From the NCBI GenBank assembly GCA_028864975.1, contig JAGWLG010000001.1:32001-96000 (forward strand): a stretch of DNA of 64,000 bases, in the 5' to 3' direction. Origin of the DNA: Thermoplasmata archaeon (GTDB taxonomy: Archaea > Thermoplasmatota > Thermoplasmata > Lutacidiplasmatales > UBA184). Each line of letters starts with the position of its first letter. The stretch's first letter is position 1. Both the position numbers and the translations under genes were made by a program. The notes beneath the pieces were generated by a model. The model was not told the origin of the DNA, did no database searches, and worked only from the letters and a program-made list of their open reading frames with translations. Positions 55,367-64,000 of this stretch are shown here, in pieces.

Positions 55367-56314
55367 ATGTCCCTTCAGGGCCGCGATGTGATCTCTATCC
55401 GGGACCTCTCCCGGACCGAGATCTTGGAGGTCCTCAACGCGGCCCGTCACCTGATCCCCGTCGCAGAAGGCAAGAAGCGCCTCACAACGCTCGAAGGGCG
55501 TCTCCTGGCGTTGGCCTTCTTCGAGCCTTCCACGCGGACCCGGCTCTCCTTTGAGGCCGCCATGCAACGGATGGGCGGGCAGACCATCACCATCGCCGAC
55601 CCCTCGGTAAGCTCGGTCTCGAAGGGGGAATCCCTCTCGGACACGATCCGGATGCTCTCCTGCTACGCGGACGCGGTCGTCCTTCGACACCCCTTCGAGG
55701 GGGCTTCTCGGCTCGCGGCGCAGCTCTCCGACAAGCCCGTCATCAACGCCGGGGACGGGGCCGGACAGCATCCGACCCAGACCCTCCTCGACCTCGCCAC
55801 GATGCTCGAGAGGTTCGACACCCTCTCGGGGCTCAAGGTCGTGCTCATGGGCGACCTCCGCTACGGCCGGACCGTCCACTCCCTCGCCCACGCGCTGGGG
55901 GTTTTCGGGGCCGAGCTCGTCCTCTCCTCCCCCGCCTCCTTACGGCTGCCCGAAGAGGTCCGTCGCGACCTTGACCAGATGGGGTCGAAGGTCCGGGAAG
56001 AGGAGCAGCTCGAACGCGCGATCAAGGACGCCGACGTGCTGTACGTCACCCGCATCCAGAAGGAGCGGTTCGGCGACCTTGCCGAGTACGCCCGGGTCTC
56101 GGGCTCCTATCGGTTCGACCCCGCGCTCCTCTCCAAGGTGAAGAGCACCTTCATCGTCATGCACCCGCTCCCTCGGGTCGCGGAGATCCCCCCCGAGGTG
56201 GACCGCACGCCCCACGCCGCCTACTTCCGCCAGGCCTTCCTCGCGGTCCCGGTCCGCATGGCCCTCCTTTCGTTGATCCTCGCCGGGAAGACCGGCGTTC
56301 GGGGAGGTGGCTGA
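55367..56314 (+). CDS. pyrB: Aspartate carbamoyltransferase catalytic subunit
   Basis: FFEPSTRT, KGESL, LRHP, HPTQ, GDLRYGRTVHS, RIQKER, MHPLP. Start re-picked. Confidence 0.98.
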   Translation: MSLQGRDVISIRDLSRTEILEVLNAARHLIPVAEGKKRLTTLEGRLLALAFFEPSTRTRLSFEAAMQRMGGQTITIADPSVSSVSKGESLSDTIRMLSCYADAVVLRHPFEGASRLAAQLSDKPVINAGDGAGQHPTQTLLDLATMLERFDTLSGLKVVLMGDLRYGRTVHSLAHALGVFGAELVLSSPASLRLPEEVRRDLDQMGSKVREEEQLERAIKDADVLYVTRIQKERFGDLAEYARVSGSYRFDPALLSKVKSTFIVMHPLPRVAEIPPEVDRTPHAAYFRQAFLAVPVRMALLSLILAGKTGVRGGG

Positions 56315-56807
56315 CCCCACCATGCCCGCAAACCTCCCGGCCCCGGGGAAGGAGCTCCGGATCACCCCGATCCGTAACGGTACGGTCGTCGACCACATTC
56401 CGAGCGGGCTCGCGCTCGAAGTGCTGAAGGTGCTCAAGGTGGAGAGCCTCGACCGGGATTCGACGGTCTCCGTCGCGCTCCATGTCCGCAGCCAACGAAT
56501 GGGATGGAAGGACATCGTGAAGGTCGAGAACATGGAGCTCTCGGCGCCGAAGTCTAACGCCATCGCACTCATCGCTCCAACAGCGACGATCTCGATCATC
56601 CGCGACTACAAGGTCCGGGAGAAGCACCCGGTCTCGCTCCCCGACCGGCTGGTGGGCGTCCTGACCTGTCCCAACCCCAACTGCATCACCAACCACGGTG
56701 AGCCGGTGGAGAGCGAGTTCGAGGTCGTGCGCCGCCGTCCGCTCGCCGTTCGTTGCGCCTACTGCGAACGGAGCATGGAGGAGTTCCTCCCCCACCTCGC
56801 CCGCTGA
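56307..56807 (+). CDS. pyrI: Aspartate carbamoyltransferase regulatory subunit
   Basis: IRNGTVVDHI, KDIVKVE, CPNPNCIT, CAYCE. Confidence 0.97.
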   Translation: MADPTMPANLPAPGKELRITPIRNGTVVDHIPSGLALEVLKVLKVESLDRDSTVSVALHVRSQRMGWKDIVKVENMELSAPKSNAIALIAPTATISIIRDYKVREKHPVSLPDRLVGVLTCPNPNCITNHGEPVESEFEVVRRRPLAVRCAYCERSMEEFLPHLAR

Positions 56808-56812
56808 GGAGC

Positions 56813-57457
56813 GTGGGCCCTGTGGCGGGTGGCTTGGTCGTCGACTTCGCCACCGTCTTTGGGCTCATCTTCATTTTCGAGGTCTTCGACCGGACGAACT
56901 TCGCCGTCATCGGACTTTCGGGGAAGCACCGGCACACCATCGTCTGGGCCGGGGCGGCCGTGGCTTTCGTGGTCTCCACGGCCATCTCCGTGGCGATCGG
57001 GGAGGTCATCGTCTCCGCACTTCCCGCCTATCTTCCCTACGTGAAGATCCTGGGGGGGGCGATTCTCGTGGCGTTCGGGGTACGGGGTTTGCTGGGCCAC
57101 GAGGAAGAGAAGGGGACGGAGGCCGAGGAGAGGATCGAACGGGAGCTCGGGCCCCGAAAGGTCTGGCTCACCTCCTTCAGCGTGATCCTGTTCTTGGAAA
57201 TGGGGGACAACACCCAGATCCTGACGATCGTGCTCATCGGACAGATCCGGGATGCCCTTCTGGTGTTCGTGGCCGCTTCCCTTGCCCTGGTCTCGGTGGC
57301 CACGGTCGGGGCGACCAGCGGGAACTTCCTGAAGACGAGGGTCCCAGCGGAAAGGCTCGAGCGGGTCCTCTCGCTCATCTTGATCCTGGTAGGGGCAGCG
57401 ACGCTCACCTTGGGAGTGCTCGAGCTGGCCAAGGTCGCGTTACCCACCTGGCTCTGA
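56813..57457 (+). CDS. TMEM165/GDT1 (UPF0016) family Ca/Mn transporter
   Basis: Two E-x-G-D-like motifs (FEVFDRT, LEMGDNTQ); six TMs. Confidence 0.85.
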   Translation: MGPVAGGLVVDFATVFGLIFIFEVFDRTNFAVIGLSGKHRHTIVWAGAAVAFVVSTAISVAIGEVIVSALPAYLPYVKILGGAILVAFGVRGLLGHEEEKGTEAEERIERELGPRKVWLTSFSVILFLEMGDNTQILTIVLIGQIRDALLVFVAASLALVSVATVGATSGNFLKTRVPAERLERVLSLILILVGAATLTLGVLELAKVALPTWL

Positions 57458-57597
57458 TCGAGCCCGGGGTGCCGTTCCCATCTGCCTGGCCCTCGTGCTT
57501 CCGTGGAACGGAAGCGAGGGGGGATCCGCATGGTCCGAGCGACTCGAGCGACCGAAAGCGGAATAATCCCCTCCCCGTCGGCTCGCCGGTGCCCCGA

Positions 57598-58644
57598 ATG
57601 GACCTGAAGGCCCGAAAGAGGATCCTCTCCACGCCGGTCATTCCCGTCGATGTCCGGTCCATCCATGGGGTCGGCGACTTGCTCGAATCGTTCCAGCGGA
57701 CCTCGGTCCAGGCGCGGAACCTGGGGCGCTGCTTCCAGGTCTGGAAGAACATGCTCACCGACCCGAAACGGCCGACGATCCTCCTCGGGCTCTCCGGCCC
57801 TCTGATCGCCGCGGGCCTTCGCTCCGTAATCCGAGAGATGGTCGAGCTCGGAATGGTGGATGTCGTCGTCTCCACCGGCGCGGTCCTCTATCAGGACCTC
57901 TACCAATCCCTAGGGTACCACCACTACATGGGAACCCCTTCCGCGGACGACGGGAAGCTCCGCGCCTTCGCGATCGACCGCATCTACGACACCTACGTCG
58001 ACGAGCTCAAGTTCGAGGAGACCGACCGGACCATCGGTCGCATCACCGAGGAGTTCCCTCCGCGACCCGCCTCCTCTCGCGAGTTCCTGCAGTTCCTCGG
58101 GGAGCGCTTCCCCGCGAAGGACTCGATCCTGGCCACCTGCGCCCGGAAAGGGGTCCCGGTCTTCTCTCCGGCCCTCATCGACAGCTCGATCGGGATCGGG
58201 CTCACGCTGCATTACGCGGCGAACCGGAAGAAGCCGAACCGATTCGCGCTCGACGCGGTCCGCGACAACTTCGAATTGGTCCAGATCCTCAACAGCTCCC
58301 CCCGCACGGGCGTCATCTACATCGGAGGCGGGACGCCGAAGAACTGGATCAACGACGGCATCGTGATGGCCAACTACGCCTTCGAACGGCAGGGCGAGGG
58401 CCACTACTACGCGCTGCAGATTACCACGGACGTCCCCCACTGGGGCGGCTTGTCCGGGAGCACTCTTGACGAGGCCATGAGCTGGGGGAAGGTCTCCACG
58501 AAGGCGACCAAGGCGATGGCGTTCATCGAAGCGTCCGTCGCCCTTCCGCTCCTCGTTGGCGCGCTCTGGGACCGTCGGGCGGAGTGGCGGAAGCGCCGCC
58601 GTCCGAGCTTCACTTGGAACGGGGACGTCTGCGCGAGGGCCTAG
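57598..58644 (+). CDS. Deoxyhypusine synthase family protein
   Basis: DRIYD, DSSIG, GGGTPKN, GGLSG.TLDEAMSWGK with the catalytic Lys. Start re-picked. Confidence 0.9.
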   Translation: MDLKARKRILSTPVIPVDVRSIHGVGDLLESFQRTSVQARNLGRCFQVWKNMLTDPKRPTILLGLSGPLIAAGLRSVIREMVELGMVDVVVSTGAVLYQDLYQSLGYHHYMGTPSADDGKLRAFAIDRIYDTYVDELKFEETDRTIGRITEEFPPRPASSREFLQFLGERFPAKDSILATCARKGVPVFSPALIDSSIGIGLTLHYAANRKKPNRFALDAVRDNFELVQILNSSPRTGVIYIGGGTPKNWINDGIVMANYAFERQGEGHYYALQITTDVPHWGGLSGSTLDEAMSWGKVSTKATKAMAFIEASVALPLLVGALWDRRAEWRKRRRPSFTWNGDVCARA

Positions 58645-58660
58645 GCTGCGCCCCCTTGCC

Positions 58661-60079
58661 TCATCCCCCACCGCGCGCCTGCGGACCGGTCATCGGGCGG
58701 CATCCGTGGGCGACGATGTAGTCGTCGCCGTTCCACTCCGCGGCCCCGTGGTCCTCGTAGAGATCGGTCTCGTAGACCGTCACGTCGTTGATGGGGTCGT
58801 AGAAGACCGTGTAGCCGGTCTGATTGTCGTACCAGAAGACCACGGACGGGCCGAGGAGGTAGTGGAGGCTCGCGAGCTGGCTCTTGGGGATGCTCGCGTT
58901 GTCGTGTCCGCACGAAAGCGAGGACGCGGTCAGGCTTCCGACCCCCACCGCCGGCGCGGGAGGGGTCGCGGCAAAGGCGTACCCCAGGAGGATCAGGCCA
59001 AGCGTCGAGGCCAGGACCCCCTCGGAGAAGCCCCAACGAGCTCGGTTCCGCTGGGACCCCAACCTCAGGAGCGAACGGGACCGCGCCCCTTTCGAGCGGG
59101 CGGCGGACGACTTCGCTTCGGTCGTGTCCGACCTGGGGCGTCGGAGCAGGATTCCGAAGAGGTTGCCGATCGCCAAGGCGATCAGGAGGCTGAAGGGTCC
59201 TATCGTCGTCTGGGCCCCCAAGGCCGGGACCGTGATGGTGAGAAGGGCCGCGACGGCCCCGACGATGCCCCCGTAGAGGGGCCACGCGTGCGGAGCGGAT
59301 GGCGCGGTCCTCGGTTCGACGACCATGAAGAGGGCGAAGAATAGCGTCGCCGGGTCGACGACCTCGTTCAGGAGGATGGGAAGGGTGAAGCCTTGTCCCA
59401 TCACGGCGAACGACAGTGCGCGTTGCACGGTGACCCCCGCAGCATAGGTCGCGAAGAACGCGGCCGGGAGGGTCCATCTTCGCCAGGTCCGGGCATTCAC
59501 CAGGATACCTCCCACCACGAAGACCGGAAAGAAGGTCCCGGGGGAGAGCTGCGGCCCGATCGTGCCCCACCACGCGGGGGCGAGGCCTAGGACTGCCCCC
59601 CCCAGCAGCATCGCCGACGCCGCAGGATTCAGAATTGGGTGGGAGCGCCAACGAAGGACGTGCTTTCCCAAGATCGCGATCACGGAAAGGATCGCCCCAT
59701 CGAGTAGCAACGGGGCGCCGGGTCCGATGCCACTGCCCTGGGGTGGAAGCACGAGCGCGACGAAGAGGCCGGTCGCCATCCCGTTCCAAGGAACGCGCCA
59801 GGCCCCCCACCGGTATCGGGCGATGATCACGTCGGCGCCCCCGGAGGCGAGCGGAAAGAGCCCGAGCTGGGCGAGGGCCAGTCCTGGCCCGGTAGGTCCC
59901 ATGAAGAATGCGGCCTGGACGCCCGCAGCACCGAGAACCAGAACGAGGAGGCGGACCTGGCTCAGCCAGGGGGGCCAAGACGGCCACCAAGTGGGCAGCC
60001 CACGCCAGGCTTTCCCGCGCGGGCGGGTGGGGCCGGACCGGTCCGTGGCCCCCTCCGAGGCTTCGCCCTCCGAACCCAT
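58661..60079 (-). CDS. RnfD/NqrB-like membrane protein with a C-terminal extracellular domain
   Basis: IAILGKHV...HPILNPAA, TLFFALFMVVEPRTAP, ALAIGNLF; C-terminal domain with a Cys pair. Confidence 0.7.
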   Translation of the reverse strand: MGSEGEASEGATDRSGPTRPRGKAWRGLPTWWPSWPPWLSQVRLLVLVLGAAGVQAAFFMGPTGPGLALAQLGLFPLASGGADVIIARYRWGAWRVPWNGMATGLFVALVLPPQGSGIGPGAPLLLDGAILSVIAILGKHVLRWRSHPILNPAASAMLLGGAVLGLAPAWWGTIGPQLSPGTFFPVFVVGGILVNARTWRRWTLPAAFFATYAAGVTVQRALSFAVMGQGFTLPILLNEVVDPATLFFALFMVVEPRTAPSAPHAWPLYGGIVGAVAALLTITVPALGAQTTIGPFSLLIALAIGNLFGILLRRPRSDTTEAKSSAARSKGARSRSLLRLGSQRNRARWGFSEGVLASTLGLILLGYAFAATPPAPAVGVGSLTASSLSCGHDNASIPKSQLASLHYLLGPSVVFWYDNQTGYTVFYDPINDVTVYETDLYEDHGAAEWNGDDYIVAHGCRPMTGPQARGGG

Positions 60080-60149
60080 TCGAAGAGCCCAAGGGGACGA
60101 GGCTCGATAAGCCTCCCTGGCGCTGGCTTCGTGGTCGGGGGTCTCGCTC

Positions 60150-60893
60150 TTACTTCGGGGCGGGCTCTTGGTCCGCGGCCGTGTTGGGCGGGCTCTGCCC
60201 CCTTAGCAGCCGCAGCCCATAGGCGATCGCCCACACGATCACGGGCGCCACGATCATGCGCTCGAAGAACCCGGAGATGCCGAGACCTATCCCGAAGAGG
60301 GGGATGGAGACCAGATCGACGACGCCGCCCAGAGAGGTCAGCAGCGAGAACGTGGGCCCCTCTCCCGTCTTGCGGAACCCCCGCCCCAGGGCGATGAGGC
60401 CCAAGCCACCGAAAACGAAGGCGACCAGTGCGAAGAACCCGTGCCAGAAGTGAGTGTACTCGGGGAAGATGCCCACGCCCATCGCTCCGCCCCCCGCGAG
60501 CATCAGTAGGACGACGCCTATGCGGAGGGACCGCCGACGCGGAAGGAGCTGCCAGAGAAGGAGCGCCGCCACCAGGGCCGCCACACCGATCACGAAGACC
60601 GAGATGTCGAATGCGATCCCGTAGCCCAAGGCGCAGTATCCGCCCAGGTCGCTGATCGCGTTCTCGAGGGGATTGTACGGGTAGCTGCAGCCTGAGTAGT
60701 GTGCCCCCACAGGCCAGCTGTGGGGCCAAAGCGCCTCCTCGACGGCCATCTCGACCACGAATTGAGCGCCCCCCACGAGCAGGACCAGTCCGGCGACCAG
60801 GCTGAGAAGATCGCGGGACCGGGGGGCCGAAGGGCCCGGAACCTCCTCGCGAGAGCTCTTCGGCTCGGCCCCCGCGTCTGTACCCTCGGGCAT
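60150..60893 (-). CDS. DUF998 family membrane protein
   Basis: YNPLENAISDLG, VGIFPE...HGFFA, GFFERMIV. Start re-picked. Confidence 0.8.
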   Translation of the reverse strand: MPEGTDAGAEPKSSREEVPGPSAPRSRDLLSLVAGLVLLVGGAQFVVEMAVEEALWPHSWPVGAHYSGCSYPYNPLENAISDLGGYCALGYGIAFDISVFVIGVAALVAALLLWQLLPRRRSLRIGVVLLMLAGGGAMGVGIFPEYTHFWHGFFALVAFVFGGLGLIALGRGFRKTGEGPTFSLLTSLGGVVDLVSIPLFGIGLGISGFFERMIVAPVIVWAIAYGLRLLRGQSPPNTAADQEPAPK

Positions 60894-60940
60894 CCCGCCG
60901 TGCAGGGGCTCGAGCGGATTAGGATGACGCCGAGGAGCTC

Positions 60941-61300
60941 TCAGCTTCCCTCGACATAGCCTTCGGTCGGTCCCAAGAAGCTCCGCATCTTCCAGTAGGT
61001 CTGAAGGAACTCGTACCCTCTCCGCGTGAGACGCCACGAGGAGACCTCGCCCGCCTCTTTCGAAGCCAACCCCAGCCGGACCAGGACCGCAAGGGCGATC
61101 CGGGTGCGATCCACCGGCATCCCGACCGCATAGGACAGCCTCGTCACGCGCGTCGGTCCTCCGCTCCGACGCAGGACCTCGAGGACCTCCGCATAGAGGT
61201 CGACCGGAGATCGCCGCGGACCGAAAGGTCCCGATCTCGCGTTCCCGTAGGGGGACGGCGGCGGGGGCTCCTGCGGGGGCTCCGCGGAGGCCGGGGGCAT
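60941..61300 (-). CDS. Archaeal winged-helix transcriptional regulator
   Basis: DLYAEVL...TRVTRLSYAVGM...WRLTRRGYEFL. Confidence 0.8.
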   Translation of the reverse strand: MPPASAEPPQEPPPPSPYGNARSGPFGPRRSPVDLYAEVLEVLRRSGGPTRVTRLSYAVGMPVDRTRIALAVLVRLGLASKEAGEVSSWRLTRRGYEFLQTYWKMRSFLGPTEGYVEGS

Positions 61301-61309
61301 CGGGGCGTC

Positions 61310-62467
61310 CTACAGAGGGGCGTTCGGGAGCTGGGCGACCTTCTGCGGTGGGCTCGCGAGTCGGGCGTCGGCGTCGACGTTCAGGCGGCCGGTGTACTGC
61401 ACCACCCCATCGACCCGGGCCTTCCGACCGATGTCCACGTCGCGGGCGTAGATGTTCCGGACGACGGTCTTGCGCTCGAGCCGGACCTCCTCTCCCCAGA
61501 TGTCCTCCGCCTCGGCCTCGTCATCGAGGGTGACAGTTCCACCGATCAAAGGCCCCCGCACTCGGGAGTCTTCGCCGACGTCGATGCGGGGGGCCTTGAG
61601 CCCGCCCCGAGTCTCGATGCTCCCGCCGACATCCACGCGCTCCTTCGCAACACCGTGGTCCGCCGTGAGCTTGCCCCCGACCTCCAAGCGGGTGGCCAGG
61701 ATCTCCTTCGTCACCTCGAGCTTGCCTCCGACCTCGATATCTCCACACTCCAGGGCATCGCTCCGCAGCAGTCCTCCTACCTCGATCTGCGGGCATCGGA
61801 GACGGCCCTTCACGCTCCCCATGCCCCCCACCTCAAGGGACCGGGAGAGCGTCAGGTCGCCGCCCGCGTCCAGGGCCCCTCCGACCTCAAGACGGTCGCC
61901 TTGCGCCGAACCCTGCAGGGAGATCTTCCCTCCAGCTTCGAGGCTCCCGAAGGTGAGGGGCCCCCGGACCTCGAGGATCCCCCCGACCTCGACCTGCAGC
62001 TGGACCTTGCCCCCCATGAGGACGATACGGCCTCCGACCTCGATGCTCTCCGCTTCCAGGGGCCCGCGCAGGTCGATCGAACCTCCCGCCTCCAGCGTCC
62101 GGACCGTGGTCGCTCCGTTCACCTCGAGGCGTCCCCCGAGCTCGGCGCGGTCGGCCTGCAGATTCCCTCCCACCACGAGCGAGCGTCCGACCTCGACCTC
62201 CCGGGCCGATAGGTTGCGCGCGACCCGGATCGACCCGTGGGACGACTCTACTCGGCCAGAGGCCGTCAGGTCCCCTTGGACCTGAAGGGCACCGCGCCGC
62301 AGCATGAGCGAGGCGCAGGAGAGGCTCCCCTCGACCGCGGCATCTCCTTCGAAGGCCACCTCGCCGCTGACCTGGATCCCCTCGGGCCCCTCTGGAACGA
62401 GGACATCTCCGTGCTCGACCTTCAGGTCCCCGGCGACCTTCCCCACTCGAATCGTTCTGCCCCGCAT
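61310..62467 (-). CDS. Extended bactofilin-like (polymer-forming cytoskeletal) beta-helix protein
   Basis: About a dozen [ED][VAL]GGx[LI]xV repeats with ~17-aa period across 385 aa; no signal peptide. Confidence 0.75.
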   Translation of the reverse strand: MRGRTIRVGKVAGDLKVEHGDVLVPEGPEGIQVSGEVAFEGDAAVEGSLSCASLMLRRGALQVQGDLTASGRVESSHGSIRVARNLSAREVEVGRSLVVGGNLQADRAELGGRLEVNGATTVRTLEAGGSIDLRGPLEAESIEVGGRIVLMGGKVQLQVEVGGILEVRGPLTFGSLEAGGKISLQGSAQGDRLEVGGALDAGGDLTLSRSLEVGGMGSVKGRLRCPQIEVGGLLRSDALECGDIEVGGKLEVTKEILATRLEVGGKLTADHGVAKERVDVGGSIETRGGLKAPRIDVGEDSRVRGPLIGGTVTLDDEAEAEDIWGEEVRLERKTVVRNIYARDVDIGRKARVDGVVQYTGRLNVDADARLASPPQKVAQLPNAPL

Positions 62468-62606
62468 TTTCGGCGCTCCTCCTCGTCTCCTCGATCGGGG
62501 GACGGGTTCCGTCCCTTAACTACCCCGCTCACGAGGCGAACTAACAACCGGTGTGTAGCGGCCTTGAGCATGAGCTAAGAATGCCCAACTCTTCGGACAC
62601 TCTGCC

Positions 62607-63581
62607 ATGAGGAATGGAGGGGGCGAAGCGGTCCTCGAGGCACGGGACCTGACGAAGGTCTATGCCCCGCGTCGCGGGCAGCCCCCGGTCCACGCGAACC
62701 GGGGGATCTCCCTGACGGTCCACAAGGGCGAGGTGGTCGCGGTCCTCGGCCCCAACGGCGCAGGGAAGAGCACCTTCCTCCGGCAGGTCGCCGGCCAGCT
62801 GCTTCCGACCTCGGGAACGGTCCGCGTCTGCGGTATCGATGTGATCGCATCGCCGCTCGCCGCGAAGCGCTGCATGTCCGTCATTCCCCAGGAGTGTTCT
62901 CCTTACGACTCGCTCACCGTCGAAGAGCACGTCCGCTACTTCGGGATCATCAAAGGGATGGACCCGCGCACCGCCCCGGGGGAGACGTCCCGACTGCTTT
63001 CGGAGGTCGGCCTGACCGAACACCGGACCAAGCTCATTCGCGAGCTCTCCGGAGGGCTCAAGCGCCGAGTGTTGATCGCGCTCGCCCTGGCCGGCCCCGG
63101 CAACCAGCTCCTCCTCTTGGATGAGCCGACCACGGGGCTCGACCCCGCCTCCCGCCGGACGGTCTGGAAGGTCATCGAGTCCCTGGCGGGGAAGGGGCGG
63201 GGGGTGCTGCTCACCACCCACTACATCGACGAAGCGGAGTACCTGGCGGACCGGATCGTGATCATCGCCCAGGGACGGATCTTGGCCGAGGGGAGCCCCC
63301 TCGAGATCCAGTCTCGCTCGGCGTCCAAGGGCCGCCTGGACATCTACGATGTGGACCTTCTGAGCGCGGCCGCGAAGGCGGAGCTCGACTCGCTCAAAGG
63401 CGTGTGGCCTGTGAGCTTCGCCCGGGAGGACCACCTGCGCCTCGCCGTTCCGGACCCGTTCTCCCCTGAGGCGGTCGCGCGTCTCCAAGGACTCTCGGGT
63501 CTCGGCGTGAAGGCGACGCTCGCTCCCGCGTCGCTCGAGGACGCCTACCTCACCATCGCGGGGGAGATGCCCGAGACATGA
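62607..63581 (+). CDS. ABC exporter ATP-binding protein
   Basis: GPNGAGKST, LSGGLKRR, LLLDEPTTGLDP, TTHY. Confidence 0.95.
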   Translation: MRNGGGEAVLEARDLTKVYAPRRGQPPVHANRGISLTVHKGEVVAVLGPNGAGKSTFLRQVAGQLLPTSGTVRVCGIDVIASPLAAKRCMSVIPQECSPYDSLTVEEHVRYFGIIKGMDPRTAPGETSRLLSEVGLTEHRTKLIRELSGGLKRRVLIALALAGPGNQLLLLDEPTTGLDPASRRTVWKVIESLAGKGRGVLLTTHYIDEAEYLADRIVIIAQGRILAEGSPLEIQSRSASKGRLDIYDVDLLSAAAKAELDSLKGVWPVSFAREDHLRLAVPDPFSPEAVARLQGLSGLGVKATLAPASLEDAYLTIAGEMPET

Positions 63582-64000
63582 ACGGCGTGTTCACCCAGCT
63601 GCGCGCCTGCATGACGCAGTTCTTCAAGTCCGCGCAGCGAGAGCTCGGCCTCATCCTGGCCTTCTTCCTGCTCTTCCCGCTGGGATTCCTCTTCTTCCTG
63701 TCGATCCTGGTCCAGCCAAGCTTCCGCCCCCAGATCCTGGTGGGTTCGATCATGATGGAGGTGGCGCTCATCAACATCAACGTCCTCGCTCAGTCGGTCG
63801 CCCAGGACAAACAGAGCCACTTCTTCGACCTCTGGGTCTCGTTCCCCGTGAGCCCGCTCGTCTACGTCCTCGGGAACGCGCTTCCGTGGCTCCCCGTCTC
63901 GCTCCTCACCGCCGGGGTCACGCTGGCCATGGGGATCTACCTCTTCGGCATTTCCGTGGCCGTCGCCCCCCTCCTCCTGCTCGTCGCCCTGGTCCTGATC
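63578..64000 (+). CDS. ABC-2 type exporter permease (partial)
   Basis: Read by hand: MNGVFTQLRACMTQFFK...FFDLWVSFPVSPLVYVLG... Hydrophobic; ATGA overlap with the ATPase gene. Confidence 0.85.
   Translation, partial: MNGVFTQLRACMTQFFKSAQRELGLILAFFLLFPLGFLFFLSILVQPSFRPQILVGSIMMEVALININVLAQSVAQDKQSHFFDLWVSFPVSPLVYVLGNALPWLPVSLLTAGVTLAMGIYLFGISVAVAPLLLLVALVLI

Noticed and set aside
1-64000. CRISPR array, rRNA, RNase P RNA or SRP RNA
   Set aside because: No regularly spaced direct repeats or diagnostic conserved RNA motifs were seen by eye.

Overview
High-GC archaeal chromosomal window. Archaeal-type GluRS, RNase P Rpp21, Tsr3, deoxyhypusine synthase, TATA promoters, class III signal peptides and PKD surface proteins suggest a Thermoplasmata-like lineage; this is an inference, not a database result. 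The window contains a pilin-like locus at the left edge, housekeeping and transport genes, and four tRNAs: Ala-CGC, Gln-CTG, Leu-TAG and Leu-CAA. The Leu-TAG gene carries a 32-nt D-loop intron. A VapBC islet sits at tRNA-Gln between imperfect direct repeats, and an accessory island after tRNA-Leu(CAA) carries a complete group II intron. The most striking observation is a membrane-anchored protein that presents a bacterial-type lysozyme/lytic-transglycosylase domain on a stalk of six Ig/PKD domains, in an organism that should have no peptidoglycan. No CRISPR array or rRNA was seen. Many long ORFs in the track are antisense or off-frame shadows, and several start codons were re-picked downstream.
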